Below, piece after piece: positions 1 to 10,028 of a stretch of 64,000 nt of DNA (position 1 is the first letter of the stretch; the number at the start of each line of letters is the position of its first letter). Origin of the DNA: an uncultured Phycisphaerales bacterium (GTDB lineage Bacteria; Planctomycetota; Phycisphaerae; Tepidisphaerales; Tepidisphaeraceae). Below the pieces are notes generated by a model, which did no database searches, was not told the origin of the DNA, and worked only from the letters and a program-made list of their open reading frames with translations. A program made the translations under genes and the position numbers. Where the stretch lies: NCBI GenBank assembly GCA_963758525.1, contig CAVWVQ010000003.1, positions 4,320,001 through 4,384,000 of the forward strand, written 5' to 3'.

Positions 1-14
1 CATGAGCGGTGGCG

Positions 15-785
15 TTACTGCTTCACCGGATTTCGCCCGATGACGGGGAACTGATCCAGATCAACAACCGATCCCGAAATCGGCCGGCTTTCGTCCGACA
101 GCCAGTAGACCGCGGCAGCGGCAATGTCGCCCGGCATGATCAATCGCCCCGACGGCGCGAACGCCGCCGGCGGATGCTCGTGCCAACCTGGCTCGAGACC
201 TTCGCGAATTTTGAGGGTGCGTTCGTTCTCCGACAGCACCCAGCCAGGATTGAGTTGATTCACCCGGACCCGGTCGCGTCCCAGCGCATCGGCAAGATTA
301 CGCGTCATTGTGATCAGCGCGCCTTTCGAGATGCTGTACGCCAACTGATTTGCCTCGCCGCAGTAGGCGTTGACCGAGCCGATATTCAGTACGCAGCCTT
401 GCCGTTTCAGGAGGTGGGGAAGTGCCGCACGAACCAGCAGCAGGGGAGCCCGCACATTGATCGCCATCGCGCGGTCGAACACGGCGGCGTCGGTTGTCTG
501 GATGTCGCTGCGGACAACCCATGCCGCGTTGTTGACCACCGCATCAATCTGCCCGAATGACGCGAGGGCGGCGCCGACGATGCGGGAAGGCGCATTCGGA
601 TCGACCAGGTCGTCGATGTGCAAATACGCGAACGCTCCCAATTCAGCCGCGACTTTTTCTCCCAGTTCCCGTTCCAATCCGTGGACGAGCACTTTGGCGC
701 CCTCTTCCACGCATTTCCGCGCAATGGCTTCGCCAATACCGGTGGTGCTGCCTGTAACGATGATGACTTTGTCTTGGAGTCGCAT
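15..785 (-). CDS. SDR family NAD(P)-dependent oxidoreductase
   Basis: TGSTTGIG Rossmann motif, NNAA, YSISK (YxxxK) catalytic motif, NQLNPG. Confidence 0.93.
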   Translation of the reverse strand: MRLQDKVIIVTGSTTGIGEAIARKCVEEGAKVLVHGLERELGEKVAAELGAFAYLHIDDLVDPNAPSRIVGAALASFGQIDAVVNNAAWVVRSDIQTTDAAVFDRAMAINVRAPLLLVRAALPHLLKRQGCVLNIGSVNAYCGEANQLAYSISKGALITMTRNLADALGRDRVRVNQLNPGWVLSENERTLKIREGLEPGWHEHPPAAFAPSGRLIMPGDIAAAAVYWLSDESRPISGSVVDLDQFPVIGRNPVKQ

Positions 786-870
786 TCAGTTCACACGTCT
801 ACCGAGCCCACTGAATCGTAATCGAAATTGTTTGTCCCCTCCGCTAGCACTGAGTACGATTTTGATCGAC

Positions 871-1536
871 ATGGTCACACTTGCAGATCCGATCGTCCAC
901 ACCGCGCCGCTCACCATGGCTGATCTGCTGCATCAACTCGGCGACATTCCGCCGTTTCGCGTCCGGCTTCGGCCGCCCCCGGGAGAAGCAACCGAGAGCG
1001 ATGTTCTTGCCTTGCACGATCATGAAAATCGTCTCTTCGAGTTGGTAGACGGTGTTCTCGTGGAGAAAGCAATGGGGTTCCGGGAATCAGCGCTGGCGAT
1101 CTTCATAGCAGCGGTTCTGAGTTCGTTCGTCCGTCGCGCGAACCTGGGCATCGTCACTGGCGCGGACGGGATGATGCGTCTGTTTCCGAAGAACGTCCGC
1201 ATTCCCGATGTTGCTTACGTCAGTTGGCATCGGGTTCCCGACCGACGGATGCCTACCGCGCCAATTCCGGATTTGGCTCCCGATCTCGCAGTCGAGGTCT
1301 TGAGCAAGAGCAACACTGCCGCTGAAATGAAGCGAAAGCGCCGAGAATATTTCGCGGCCGGGTGCAGCTTGGTATGGATGGTTGATCCCGATACTCGAAC
1401 CGTGGCCGTTTTCACCTCCGAGGAAGCTGTGGTAATGTTGGAAGAAAATGCCCAATTGACTGGCGGCGAATTGCTTCCGGGATTCAGCCTCTCGATCAAG
1501 GAGTTGTTCGCAGAGTTGGATCGGCAGGGAAACTGA
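871..1536 (+). CDS. Uma2 family (DUF820) endonuclease-fold protein
   Basis: ELVDGVLVEK, RIPDVAY, PDLAVEVLSKSNT, EYFAAG..VWMVDP motifs; start taken at ATG 871 within the longer ORF 370..1536. Confidence 0.9.
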   Translation: MVTLADPIVHTAPLTMADLLHQLGDIPPFRVRLRPPPGEATESDVLALHDHENRLFELVDGVLVEKAMGFRESALAIFIAAVLSSFVRRANLGIVTGADGMMRLFPKNVRIPDVAYVSWHRVPDRRMPTAPIPDLAPDLAVEVLSKSNTAAEMKRKRREYFAAGCSLVWMVDPDTRTVAVFTSEEAVVMLEENAQLTGGELLPGFSLSIKELFAELDRQGN

Positions 1537-1606
1537 TTCTGATGACAAACGGCCGAACTTGCCCCGCTCGATCATCCGATATAAGATTTGGAGTTCCTTT
1601 ACCACC

Positions 1607-1988
1607 GGGGGCGATCGGTTTCGACCGGATGGCTACGGTGGCAGTGGCATGCCCAGGACGCACAGTTGGCCTGGTTAAACACCTGTGCAAACATTAACTG
1701 CTGACACCAACAGTGTTGCAGGCCGAATCGGCTTCGCGGCCGGTCCGGTTCGAATGGCTGCCTAATTTAGGTGGTCTGGGCATAGTGCGGACGCCCGCGA
1801 CGCGCTAGCCCAAACAGCGGGCTGGTTCCTTCATTCGGACGTCGATGAAGGAATGAGAAACAGACGTCTGGGTTTGGCCGAAGGGTGTCGCTCTTCGTCG
1901 GTCAGATCGAGATTAAAAGAACGACTACGCATGTAGAGGCTGCCATCCGTGTTATCTTGGGACGAGGGTTCAATTCCCTCCGCCTCCA
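1607..1988 (+). ncRNA. ssrA: tmRNA; tag peptide ADTNSVAGRIGFAAGPVRMAA* at 1700-1765
   Basis: 5' GGGGGCG..GGTTTCGAC pairs with 3' CGCCTCC-A, giving the G3-U alanine identity pair; T-arm GAGGGTTCAATTCCCTC; internal ORF ends in AA-stop; CCA not encoded. Confidence 0.95.
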
Positions 1989-2116
1989 TTCGACTCGCTG
2001 CGCTCGCTCATGGCGAGCCAGCGAAGGAAAGTTAGGAACACCTGAGCGAGTAACGACGCTCCGATGTAAGAAGCAGCGAGTCGAATGCCCTGAGTAAGCA
2101 ACGCGCATCGAATGGG
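1987..2116. repeat. Palindromic REP-like element immediately 3' of tmRNA
   Basis: Perfect 15-bp inverted repeat CATTCGACTCGCTGC (1987-2001) / GCAGCGAGTCGAATG (2073-2087), plus nested CTCGCTCA/TGAGCGAG. Confidence 0.7.
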
Positions 2117-2140
2117 CGCTCACCCAACAGCAGCTGCGCC

Positions 2141-2425
2141 AGTTCCTTTTTTGTCTGCATTCTCCAATGGGCCGATGGCTCTCTCTATGTCGGTCACACC
2201 CGTGACGTTAGGGAAAGAGTGCGAGCGCACAATGACGGTCGCGGAGCGACGTGGACCGCCTGTCGTCTTCCGGTTCGACTGGTTTACAGGGAACCTCGAC
2301 ATTCCGAAGGACATGCCGTAGCTCGCGAACGCCAAATCAAACGGTGGACTCAAGCCAAGAAACTGTCATTGATAAAAGGTGACCTAGGCAAATTGAAATC
2401 GCTCGCGAAGCGTCGAATTCGCTGA
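2141..2425 (+). pseudogene. GIY-YIG nuclease (YazA/UPF0213-like), probably degenerate
   Basis: Frame reads FVCILQWADGSLYVGHTRD..RVRAHNDGRGA..ARERQIKRWTQAKK; the usual first-motif Tyr is Cys and there is no canonical start upstream of the motif. Confidence 0.7.
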
Positions 2426-2452
2426 TTTCGCGCGCAGAGTCACGAGCGCGGA

Positions 2453-2638
2453 TTGCCAATGTATCAGAACGGAAACTTGGATCGCGGATCGGCGCAGGAG
2501 TTTGTGCCTCTTCTGGAGGTGGCCCGGCGCAAAGACTCGGTTGCTGACGATGCACATCCACCGCTTCGCAAGCAGATCGGAGCGATTGCGAATATGATCA
2601 GCCAGCGGTTGGCAGACAGAGCCCCGTTCGGACACTAA
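2453..2638 (+). pseudogene. Possible C-terminal remnant of a four-helix-bundle protein
   Basis: RGSAQEFVPLLEVARRK...IANMIS resembles the C-terminal half (ARGSxxE motif) of four-helix-bundle proteins; N-terminal half absent. Confidence 0.45.
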
Positions 2639-2670
2639 ACTGACGAAGAACCTTCTGGAGAAACGAGCAC

Positions 2671-3636
2671 ATGAATATGCAGAACGATCGCAACGGACTT
2701 ATCAATCGGCGTCATTTTCTTGCCGGGGCCGCGGCGGCGGTTGTCGGCGCATCGGCCTTGGGCGGGAGCCGCGCCTGGGCCGAGGAAACTTCCGGCGGCA
2801 GCGGAAAGCCGAACTCGGTCATCAGCGGTGTGCGCATCGGCTGCATCACCTACAGCTATCGCGACAGCGCCAAAACGGCCGAGCAGACGCTCAAAGCGCT
2901 CCTCGAAGACGGCCTGAGCGAGACCGAACTGATGGACACGCCGATCCGTGCGTACACCGGCATTGGCGGAGAGAACAAGAAGGGCCCCAAAGGCGAATTT
3001 CTTGCGCCAAAGCTTTCAGACGAGGCCATGGCCAAGGTCCGCGAAGCCGAGCTGGCCAAGTGTGTCGAGCTGCGCAAGATGTATAACGACGCCGGTGTCA
3101 ACATCCACATTCACAAAACCCCGTTCGGCTCCAGCGACGCAGACATCGAGTTTAACTTCCAGATCGCCAAGGCACTGGGCTGCAAAGCAATCACCACCGA
3201 GCGCAACGACAAGCTGGCCAAGAAGCTCGCGCCTTTTGCCGAGAAGCACAAGATCTACGTTGCGTTCCACAATCACACCAACAACGTTCCGAAGATCGAT
3301 GAGCCTGATCCGCTTTTCGAGATCAGTCCGTACATCGCGTTCAACCTCGATATCGGCCACTACGTCGCCGGCACCAAGGGGAAGAGCCCGATCCCGGTGA
3401 TCGAAAAGTACCACGAGCGGATTATCAGTCTGCATCTGAAGGACCGCACCGCTGACGGCGCCAACCTCCCCTGGGGTCAGGGACAGACGCCGATCAAGGA
3501 AGTGCTGCAACTGCTCAAGAAAGAGCAATGGCCGATCTACGGCGACATCGAGCTTGAGTACGCCATCCCCAAAGGCTCCACTTCCGTGGCGGAAGTGGCC
3601 AAGTGCGTGCAGTATTGCCGGGAGGCGCTGGCGTAG
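2671..3636 (+). CDS. Tat-exported sugar phosphate isomerase/epimerase (xylose isomerase-like TIM barrel)
   Basis: NRRHFL twin-arginine signal; FHNH, LDIGH, HLKD, IELEY metal-binding motifs. Confidence 0.88.
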   Translation: MNMQNDRNGLINRRHFLAGAAAAVVGASALGGSRAWAEETSGGSGKPNSVISGVRIGCITYSYRDSAKTAEQTLKALLEDGLSETELMDTPIRAYTGIGGENKKGPKGEFLAPKLSDEAMAKVREAELAKCVELRKMYNDAGVNIHIHKTPFGSSDADIEFNFQIAKALGCKAITTERNDKLAKKLAPFAEKHKIYVAFHNHTNNVPKIDEPDPLFEISPYIAFNLDIGHYVAGTKGKSPIPVIEKYHERIISLHLKDRTADGANLPWGQGQTPIKEVLQLLKKEQWPIYGDIELEYAIPKGSTSVAEVAKCVQYCREALA

Positions 3637-3659
3637 CAGCCCGTGTTGCGGGCTCTTCC

Positions 3660-3823
3660 ACTTTTAGCTTTTTCATTTTTCACTTCTCATTTTTCATTGC
3701 TGCCCAGCGCACGAGCAAGAAAGCTAAAATGATAAATGATAAATGAAAAAGCTAAAAGTTCGGGGAAGTCGACTCCCCGCTGAACCCTGAACCCTGAATC
3801 CTGAACCCTGAATCCTGAACCCT
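3660..3823. repeat. Inverted pair of 7-mer arrays (TTTTCAT/ATGAAAA-like) followed by a (TGAACCC/TGAATCC)n array
   Basis: TTTTAGCTTTTTCATTTT ... AAATGATAAATGATAAATGAAAAAGCTAAAA; six TGAA(C/T)CC units at 3781-3822. Confidence 0.85.
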
Positions 3824-3929
3824 CACAACCGGGTCGGCCCGGCGGAGTGTCAGAGCCCGACCAAATCATGGCGCGTTGTTGCCGAACCGCCGGGCAAGAT
3901 CGGGCCGGAAGAGCTTACGCACGGCCCGC

Positions 3930-5465
3930 ATGGACCATTCCGTACCCTCCACCAATCTGCCGGATATTTGCGGCTTGGAGTCTGCCGTCGGCGAAGCCAC
4001 GGCGCAGCGAGCCTCGGTATTTCTGCCGGAGAGCGGCGTGGATTTTGCGAGCATCCGCGGCGCTTTTTCGATAGCGCTGCATATGCATCAGCCGCTGATC
4101 CCCGCCGGGGGCGGTGATCTTCGCACCGCCGCAATCATCAGCAATCTGCGGTTCATGCGGGAACATCCGGAGGTGCAGGATGCTCACAACGCGCCGGTTT
4201 TCTTGTGGTGTTACCAGCGCATGGGCGAGTTCATTCCGCAACTGGTGAGGGAGGGCGCGCAGCCGCGGGTGATGCTCGATTATTCGGGATGTCTGCTGCA
4301 CGGGCTGCAGGAGATGGGCGCGCCCGGCGTGATCGAATCGCTGCAGCCGCTGGCTCGGGATCCAGAGCTGCGGCGGTGCGTCGAATGGCTCGGGACGGCC
4401 TGGGGCCATGCGGTTGCGCCGTCGACGCCGGTGCAGGATTTTCGTTTGCACGTGAGCGCGTGGCAGCAACACTTCGCGGCGACGTTCGGGCTTGAAGCGC
4501 TCAGCCGGGTGCGCGGATTTTCGCCGCCGGAGATGGCGCTGCCCAATCATCCGGACTGCTGCTACGAGTTTGTCCGCACGCTCCTCGACCACGGCTATCG
4601 CTGGGTGCTGGTGCAGGAACATTCCATCGAGCGCGCGGACGACGGCGGCAAGATCGACCGGCCGCATGTGCCTCATCGGCTGATCGCGCGCAACTTGCGG
4701 GGCCAATGCCTCAGCATCATCGCCATCATCAAAACGCAGGGGAGCGACACGAAGCTGGTCGGCCAGATGCAGCCGTTTTACGAGGCAAAGGGACTTCCCC
4801 GCGCACCGGTCGCCGGCCGAGAGATACCGCAAATCAGCACGCAGATCGGCGACGGTGAGAACGGCGGGGTGATGATGAATGAGTTCCCCTCCAAGTTCAT
4901 GCAGGTGATGCGCGAAGCCGCCAACTCCGCGACGCCGGCAATGAATGTGACGGAGTATCTGGAGCACTTGGCCGCGATGGGCGTGAGCGAAGTTGATTTG
5001 CCCGCGGCGCGTCCCATTTTTCAGAAGCGACTGTTCGATCGCCTCGAGGCTGAGTCAGGGCGCGATTCATTGCGCCGATTGATTGGCGCGGATGCAGAGC
5101 GGCGGGATGAATCCCGCCCTACGAAGCTCGAACGTGACGGCGGCGAGAGCCTGCCGGGCGTCATCGAGCAGCTTCGCCGGGAAGACAACCGATTCCACAT
5201 GGATGGCGGCAGTTGGACCGGCGACATCTCGTGGGTGCGTGGCTACGAGAACGTGCTGGGCCCGATGGAGGCGGTCAGCGCCCTCTTCTCAGCGAAAATA
5301 TTGCAGCCTGGCGTTTTGCCGTCTGATCCCCGCTATCGCAATGCGCTCTTTCATTTGCTGATCACCCAAACGAGCTGTTTTCGGTATTGGGGCCAGGGAG
5401 TGTGGACGGATTATGCGCGGGAGTTGTGCCGTCGGGCGACGCAACTGCTTTTGGGAGAATCGTGA
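3930..5465 (+). CDS. Glycoside hydrolase family 57-like protein
   Basis: LHMHQP, GFSPPEMAL, GDGENGG and TSCFRYWG motifs; ATG 3930; contains an in-frame REP doublet at ~5054-5122. Confidence 0.88.
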   Translation: MDHSVPSTNLPDICGLESAVGEATAQRASVFLPESGVDFASIRGAFSIALHMHQPLIPAGGGDLRTAAIISNLRFMREHPEVQDAHNAPVFLWCYQRMGEFIPQLVREGAQPRVMLDYSGCLLHGLQEMGAPGVIESLQPLARDPELRRCVEWLGTAWGHAVAPSTPVQDFRLHVSAWQQHFAATFGLEALSRVRGFSPPEMALPNHPDCCYEFVRTLLDHGYRWVLVQEHSIERADDGGKIDRPHVPHRLIARNLRGQCLSIIAIIKTQGSDTKLVGQMQPFYEAKGLPRAPVAGREIPQISTQIGDGENGGVMMNEFPSKFMQVMREAANSATPAMNVTEYLEHLAAMGVSEVDLPAARPIFQKRLFDRLEAESGRDSLRRLIGADAERRDESRPTKLERDGGESLPGVIEQLRREDNRFHMDGGSWTGDISWVRGYENVLGPMEAVSALFSAKILQPGVLPSDPRYRNALFHLLITQTSCFRYWGQGVWTDYARELCRRATQLLLGES

Positions 5466-5548
5466 TTGGCGCCCGATTGTTTCTTCGTCGCCAAAGAACT
5501 ACCGTGTTCCACGAAGCAGCCAACTCCTACCAGAAAGTCGAAATTACC

Positions 5549-5680
5549 ATGGGCGACAGATCACCGAAGGCAGTTCAAAAACAAGCGTCACAGAAGAAAG
5601 CCAAGACCGACAGTGCCGATCAGAAGAAGAAGCAGGACCTGGCGGCCAAAGCCAAAGCGAATATTGGCAAGAAGAAGTAG
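5549..5680 (+). CDS. Small lysine-rich basic protein (43 aa, MGDRSPKAVQKQ...)
   Basis: Clean ORF with K/Q/A-rich composition; resembles small MGDKSPK-type proteins seen in PVC bacteria (from recall). Confidence 0.6.
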   Translation: MGDRSPKAVQKQASQKKAKTDSADQKKKQDLAAKAKANIGKKK

Positions 5681-6132
5681 CGGGAAGCCTTCGCTATTTT
5701 GCGCTCTGCGAATTAGCAGGCAATGCGAGTGATCCGTGCCGCCTGCGCCGTTCGTCGCGGATGTTTTGCAGCCACGTGGTAAACTTCGCGAAGCGCTGGA
5801 AGTCGCTGATGATTGCGAGCGAAGGGACCGCACGTAGACTAAAGGCGTGCCACCAACCAAACCGCCGCTCGACTTCTCCAACCAGATCAACCTCACGAAC
5901 GTCCTGCACGGCATGCGGGTTTTCTGGTTGCCGCTGAGCGTGGCCTTTGGAGCGATAGTGATCATCGGTCTGGTACGCGCTGTATTCTCGCGCCCCCGCT
6001 CACGAGCCCGCGGCCGCTCCTAGCGACGCCGCTGACGTGCGATTGTGTCGAGGCTATTTTAGCCTGCCGAGCATTTTCCGCACATTCATTCGCAACAAGA
6101 CAAAGCCGTTTTACGAAACGAGGCAATGATCG

Positions 6133-8218
6133 ATGGAGAACGGTATGCATTCTGACGGCAGCCCCATGCTCAGCATCTGGTTCGGAAATTTCTTTGAGCC
6201 ATTCTTCAGCGACCGCGAAAGTGTCCGCCGGGGCATCGCCGAGGTGGCCGAACTTGGGTTCAACAGCATCAATCTCGACTCCAAGGCATGGGAGGACTTC
6301 TTCGCGCGCTATCGCGGCGAACCCGCAAGCCCTTACGTCGCGATGCAGGAATTCATGATGCAGGAGGCCGCCGCGCGAGGGTTGGATTACTCGCACCTGG
6401 CTCTGTATCTCTGCGGCGACAACCTCTATCCGACCATTCGCGACGTGCCGCCTGTGCGGGGCGAAGAGCCGATGCTTCCCGACGGCAAACCGATGGGGAC
6501 CTACAAATATTGGTCACCCCGCGCGCAGCAGACGATGGTCGATCACGTGCGCGGCCTGCTCAAGCTGTATCGCAACGGCATGCGGCGTCTGCCCGGCACG
6601 CCGCCGCGCATCGTCATGCAGACGATGTTTGAGCCGATCCCCAAACCGAGCTTCGACGCGGAAGGAAAGCAGCGATATCTGGCGTGGCTCGAAAGACGCT
6701 ATGAAGGCAATATTGCAAAGCTCAATCAACGGTACGGAATTTCCGCGACGGCCTTCGCGCAACTGAAGCCCTGCGAGTATTGGCTGCGCCCGGGGAATTG
6801 AACTGGGTGGATTGCGCGTCCGACCCTGGAAGATTTTGAGAAGCGGACGCCGGACTTTCATCGCTGGATTGACAATCAAACCTATCTGGCTGGCGAGCTG
6901 GAGGAATATCTCGCCACAATGAAGCGGCATTGGCGCGAGCTGGATCCGGAACTCTTCGCCGAACCGGTGCTCCATCAATGGGGCTACTTCTTCAATCCCC
7001 CGGGCCAAACGATGTGGCAGACAGGCCAGCGGGCGCTGGACATCTACCGCTGCGCAGCACACGTCGATGGTGTGTTATTTATCGCGTCTCCGCTGAATGC
7101 CGACAATCGCGCCGATGCGATGGCGCTGAGCGTTGAAGGTTCGATCATGCGCTGCGCGAGCGAGAGTCGGCCGTTCACCGCCGGGCTCTACCTCGGGCGT
7201 CATGTAAACGGCGACATTTACAGCGTCGTGCCTCCCGCCGAAGCGATCGGAACGCTCGTCGCCGCGGGCGCGAAGCGAATGCACAATTACGGCTATAGCG
7301 GTCTTGACGATGGCGGCGTTCTGTTCCGGATGGACCCGGTCTTCAAAGACTCCCTGCGCGGGAAATCGTTGGGCCGCGGACGTAATTCCGCTCCTCGAGC
7401 AGCCGCGCCGCCGTGAGGTTGCGATTTTGTTCCCCGCCGAGATGAGTCTGTATGAACCGCTCGAAGTCGATGTTGAAGGCCGGCATCGGATGGATTTGCT
7501 GGGCTGGTATTCCCAGTTCGCGGATCTCGGGTGGCATGTCGATATCCTGCATCCGGCCCAGGTCGCCGCTGGCACGCTGGCGCAGTACAAGCATCTGGTC
7601 GTTCCGCATGATTCACTCTACGACCTGGGCGACAACGCGGCGCTCGAAGCCGCGGTCAGCAAATTTGTGACTGAAGGAGGCACGCTGCTGCACGGGCCGC
7701 ACTGCGAATTGGCGCGGCGAGCGCTTGGCATCGAGGAAGCGGCCTGCGAATTCGACTGCATCCAGTGGGAGGAAGAGGTGATTCCGCACGGCTGGTCCAC
7801 CGTCGCGTTTCGCGGCGGAAAGGCGCTGGGAACGTACATCCGGACCGGCGATCGCGCGATCGCCCAAACCGACGTCGGCGCCGGACGCGTTCTCTCATTC
7901 GGCTTTCAATACGGCTACGCCTATTCGCGCCGCACGATGCCGATTGTTCCGCCCGCGTACGGCCGGCGTGAGATGCATCCGGTGGTGCTGCTGAAGGAAA
8001 CTCCCATCGCGGCGCTCATCGGCTCATCCCCGCTGCTGCCCATCGCGCCGGTCAAGGGTCTGGAGTTCGCACGATTTGGCAATCGTCTTGTCCTCGTCAA
8101 CCATCGGTCCAGCCCATTGGACATCAGCAAAATGAGCGCAGCGCGCACATTGCCGCAAGTACCATCTGCTCCCGGCTGGCTCGCCGCGCACTCCGCGACG
8201 TACATCGAATTGGCGTGA
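6133..8218 (+). CDS. Beta-galactosidase-like (GH42-type) glycoside hydrolase, split by apparent frameshifts at ~6789, ~6815 and ~7357
   Basis: ORFs 6133..6801, 6919..7416 and 7304..8218 join into one protein; WLERRY-GNIAKLNQRYG motif and C-terminal trimerisation-like domain. Confidence 0.72.
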
Positions 8219-8247
8219 GACGGGGCAGCGCGGGGTTCGCGAGCCGC

Positions 8248-8277
8248 TCGCAGCCGCGGATGTACATCCGCGGCTTC
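8248..8277. repeat. 30-bp palindromic repeat, identical copy at 19285-19314
   Basis: TCGCAGCCGCGGATGTACATCCGCGGCTTC; lies between convergent genes and may act as a terminator. Confidence 0.8.
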
Positions 8278-8296
8278 TTTCCTGTTGGATCTCTTC

Positions 8297-10027
8297 TTAC
8301 GGGCCCGCAATCCGGAACGTCTGTTCCACCGGCTTGGCGGACTGAATGAGCGGGGCGGTCGAGCGTCCCCATTGCCAAGCCACGACAGTCACCAATATCG
8401 GATACTTGCTGCGGGGCGGGATTCGGGTGAGGGTGAGCGTGCCATGGTCGTCCACTTCGGCCGGCCCTTCGCGAACATAGTAGTAGACGGGGATGCGGGC
8501 GCTGGACGTTGCCTGCAGCTTGATCGGCACAGCGGAGTGCGCGGCCGGCTGATCCGGGATCTTCGGGAAATCGATCTCCTGCGGTTTGCCTTTCGTGTTC
8601 GTTAGCGGGAATCGCAATTCCGCCTGCTGAACCATTTTCTTGTACTTGCCATCCCCGGGATAAGTGAGGAAAAACCACATGTCGCTGGAGCGTTTGGGGT
8701 TATTGAAGCCGACACGATCGAACCGAATCACGAACGTATCCAGATCTTTTTGCAGCACGGGCCCGCAGATGGGTGAGATCCTCATTTTGTCGGATTCGTT
8801 TTGAGGATGATCGATCGGGTCATTCTGTACAACCAGTTTGACGCCTTCGCTCAGCCAGCCGTCCCATTCCGAGGGTTTGTCATCCGCGGTCTGCGGAACC
8901 TTGTCCCAGAAGCCGCCCGACAGCTTGAACGTCATGCCATCATCTATTGGCTGAAATTGCAGGTGAACCATCGCATGATCCGGGCGAGGCGGGCTGAGGC
9001 CTTCCCGTTGTCTGTAGCCGATCAGGACGTTGGGCTGACCGCGAAATGCGCTTTGGAAGTTCTCGATCGCTTTGGCCATCTCTTCATCGAAAGCCCAGAA
9101 GGAGCGGTCTTTCTTGCCGTTGTATTTGGAGACGGGACCGGCGGCGGCCGACGGAGGCGCGTTGAGGTGCCACACTTCGTAGCGCCAGCCGTCCATCTCC
9201 GCATCCATTGGGACAAGCTTGACCGGACCGCTCGAGACATCTCCCGCGGACAACCGGTATTGCGCGGCCTTGCGAAGATACATCCCGATCAACGCGATCT
9301 TCTCTTTCGATGCGCTGAAATGGCCGTCGCCCGGCTCGACAACCTGCGTGAACGCGGCATCCGGATGCTTCTGATAAAAGTCACCCTTCAGCCCGGCATA
9401 CCAGCCGCTCTCAAGATTTCCCTGAATCTCAAACTCGCCCTTGGTAGTGAGGCCGGGCACTTCATCGACGCTCCGATCGCCCCAGTACTTCGAACCGAAA
9501 TACGGCCATTGGCCGCTGATGGAAAGCACGCAGAGCACGCGTTTGGGATTCCACGCCGCCACGTCCCATCCCCAGCCCGCCGTCGCCGAGTGCCCTGTCG
9601 GCACCAGGGGAGCGAACTCAATTTCCCCGTAGCCCGACTGGCTCGCGAGCGTCTTCAGGAGTTTCTCGAGAATTGCTCCTTCACCCTTGTCAAAGCGAAA
9701 GCTGTCGGTTCCCATCGCCGGCGCGATCCAGATCTCGGCGAATCCCAGATCTGTGAGCGTTTTGCGAAAATCCGGATCCTGGAAAATCTGCTCCTCCTGC
9801 ATGTTTTGATCGGCGATCACCACCGCCCGCACACGCTGACAAATCTCGGGAATCCAGAGGAATGCGCGGGGATGGTCCTTCGTCTCGGGAGAAATTGCCT
9901 CGTCAATCGGGGCGGACCATTGGTAAACAGCTCCGTGAGCGGAGGAGAAGTCAGCCGAAAAACAGACCAACAGAATCCCGAGCCAACCAAGCGAATCGAG
10001 TTGGAGGTTTCTCGATTGAGTGCGCAT
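8297..10027 (-). CDS. Secreted hypothetical protein, possible alpha/beta hydrolase
   Basis: 576-aa ORF with signal peptide and TGHSATA (GxSxx nucleophile-like) motif. Confidence 0.75.
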   Translation of the reverse strand: MRTQSRNLQLDSLGWLGILLVCFSADFSSAHGAVYQWSAPIDEAISPETKDHPRAFLWIPEICQRVRAVVIADQNMQEEQIFQDPDFRKTLTDLGFAEIWIAPAMGTDSFRFDKGEGAILEKLLKTLASQSGYGEIEFAPLVPTGHSATAGWGWDVAAWNPKRVLCVLSISGQWPYFGSKYWGDRSVDEVPGLTTKGEFEIQGNLESGWYAGLKGDFYQKHPDAAFTQVVEPGDGHFSASKEKIALIGMYLRKAAQYRLSAGDVSSGPVKLVPMDAEMDGWRYEVWHLNAPPSAAAGPVSKYNGKKDRSFWAFDEEMAKAIENFQSAFRGQPNVLIGYRQREGLSPPRPDHAMVHLQFQPIDDGMTFKLSGGFWDKVPQTADDKPSEWDGWLSEGVKLVVQNDPIDHPQNESDKMRISPICGPVLQKDLDTFVIRFDRVGFNNPKRSSDMWFFLTYPGDGKYKKMVQQAELRFPLTNTKGKPQEIDFPKIPDQPAAHSAVPIKLQATSSARIPVYYYVREGPAEVDDHGTLTLTRIPPRSKYPILVTVVAWQWGRSTAPLIQSAKPVEQTFRIAGP

Positions 10028-10028
10028 G

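Noticed and set aside
5694..5965. Small minus-strand gene downstream of the basic microprotein
   Set aside because: Two overlapping ORFs could be one frameshifted gene, but I recognise no motif, so support is insufficient.
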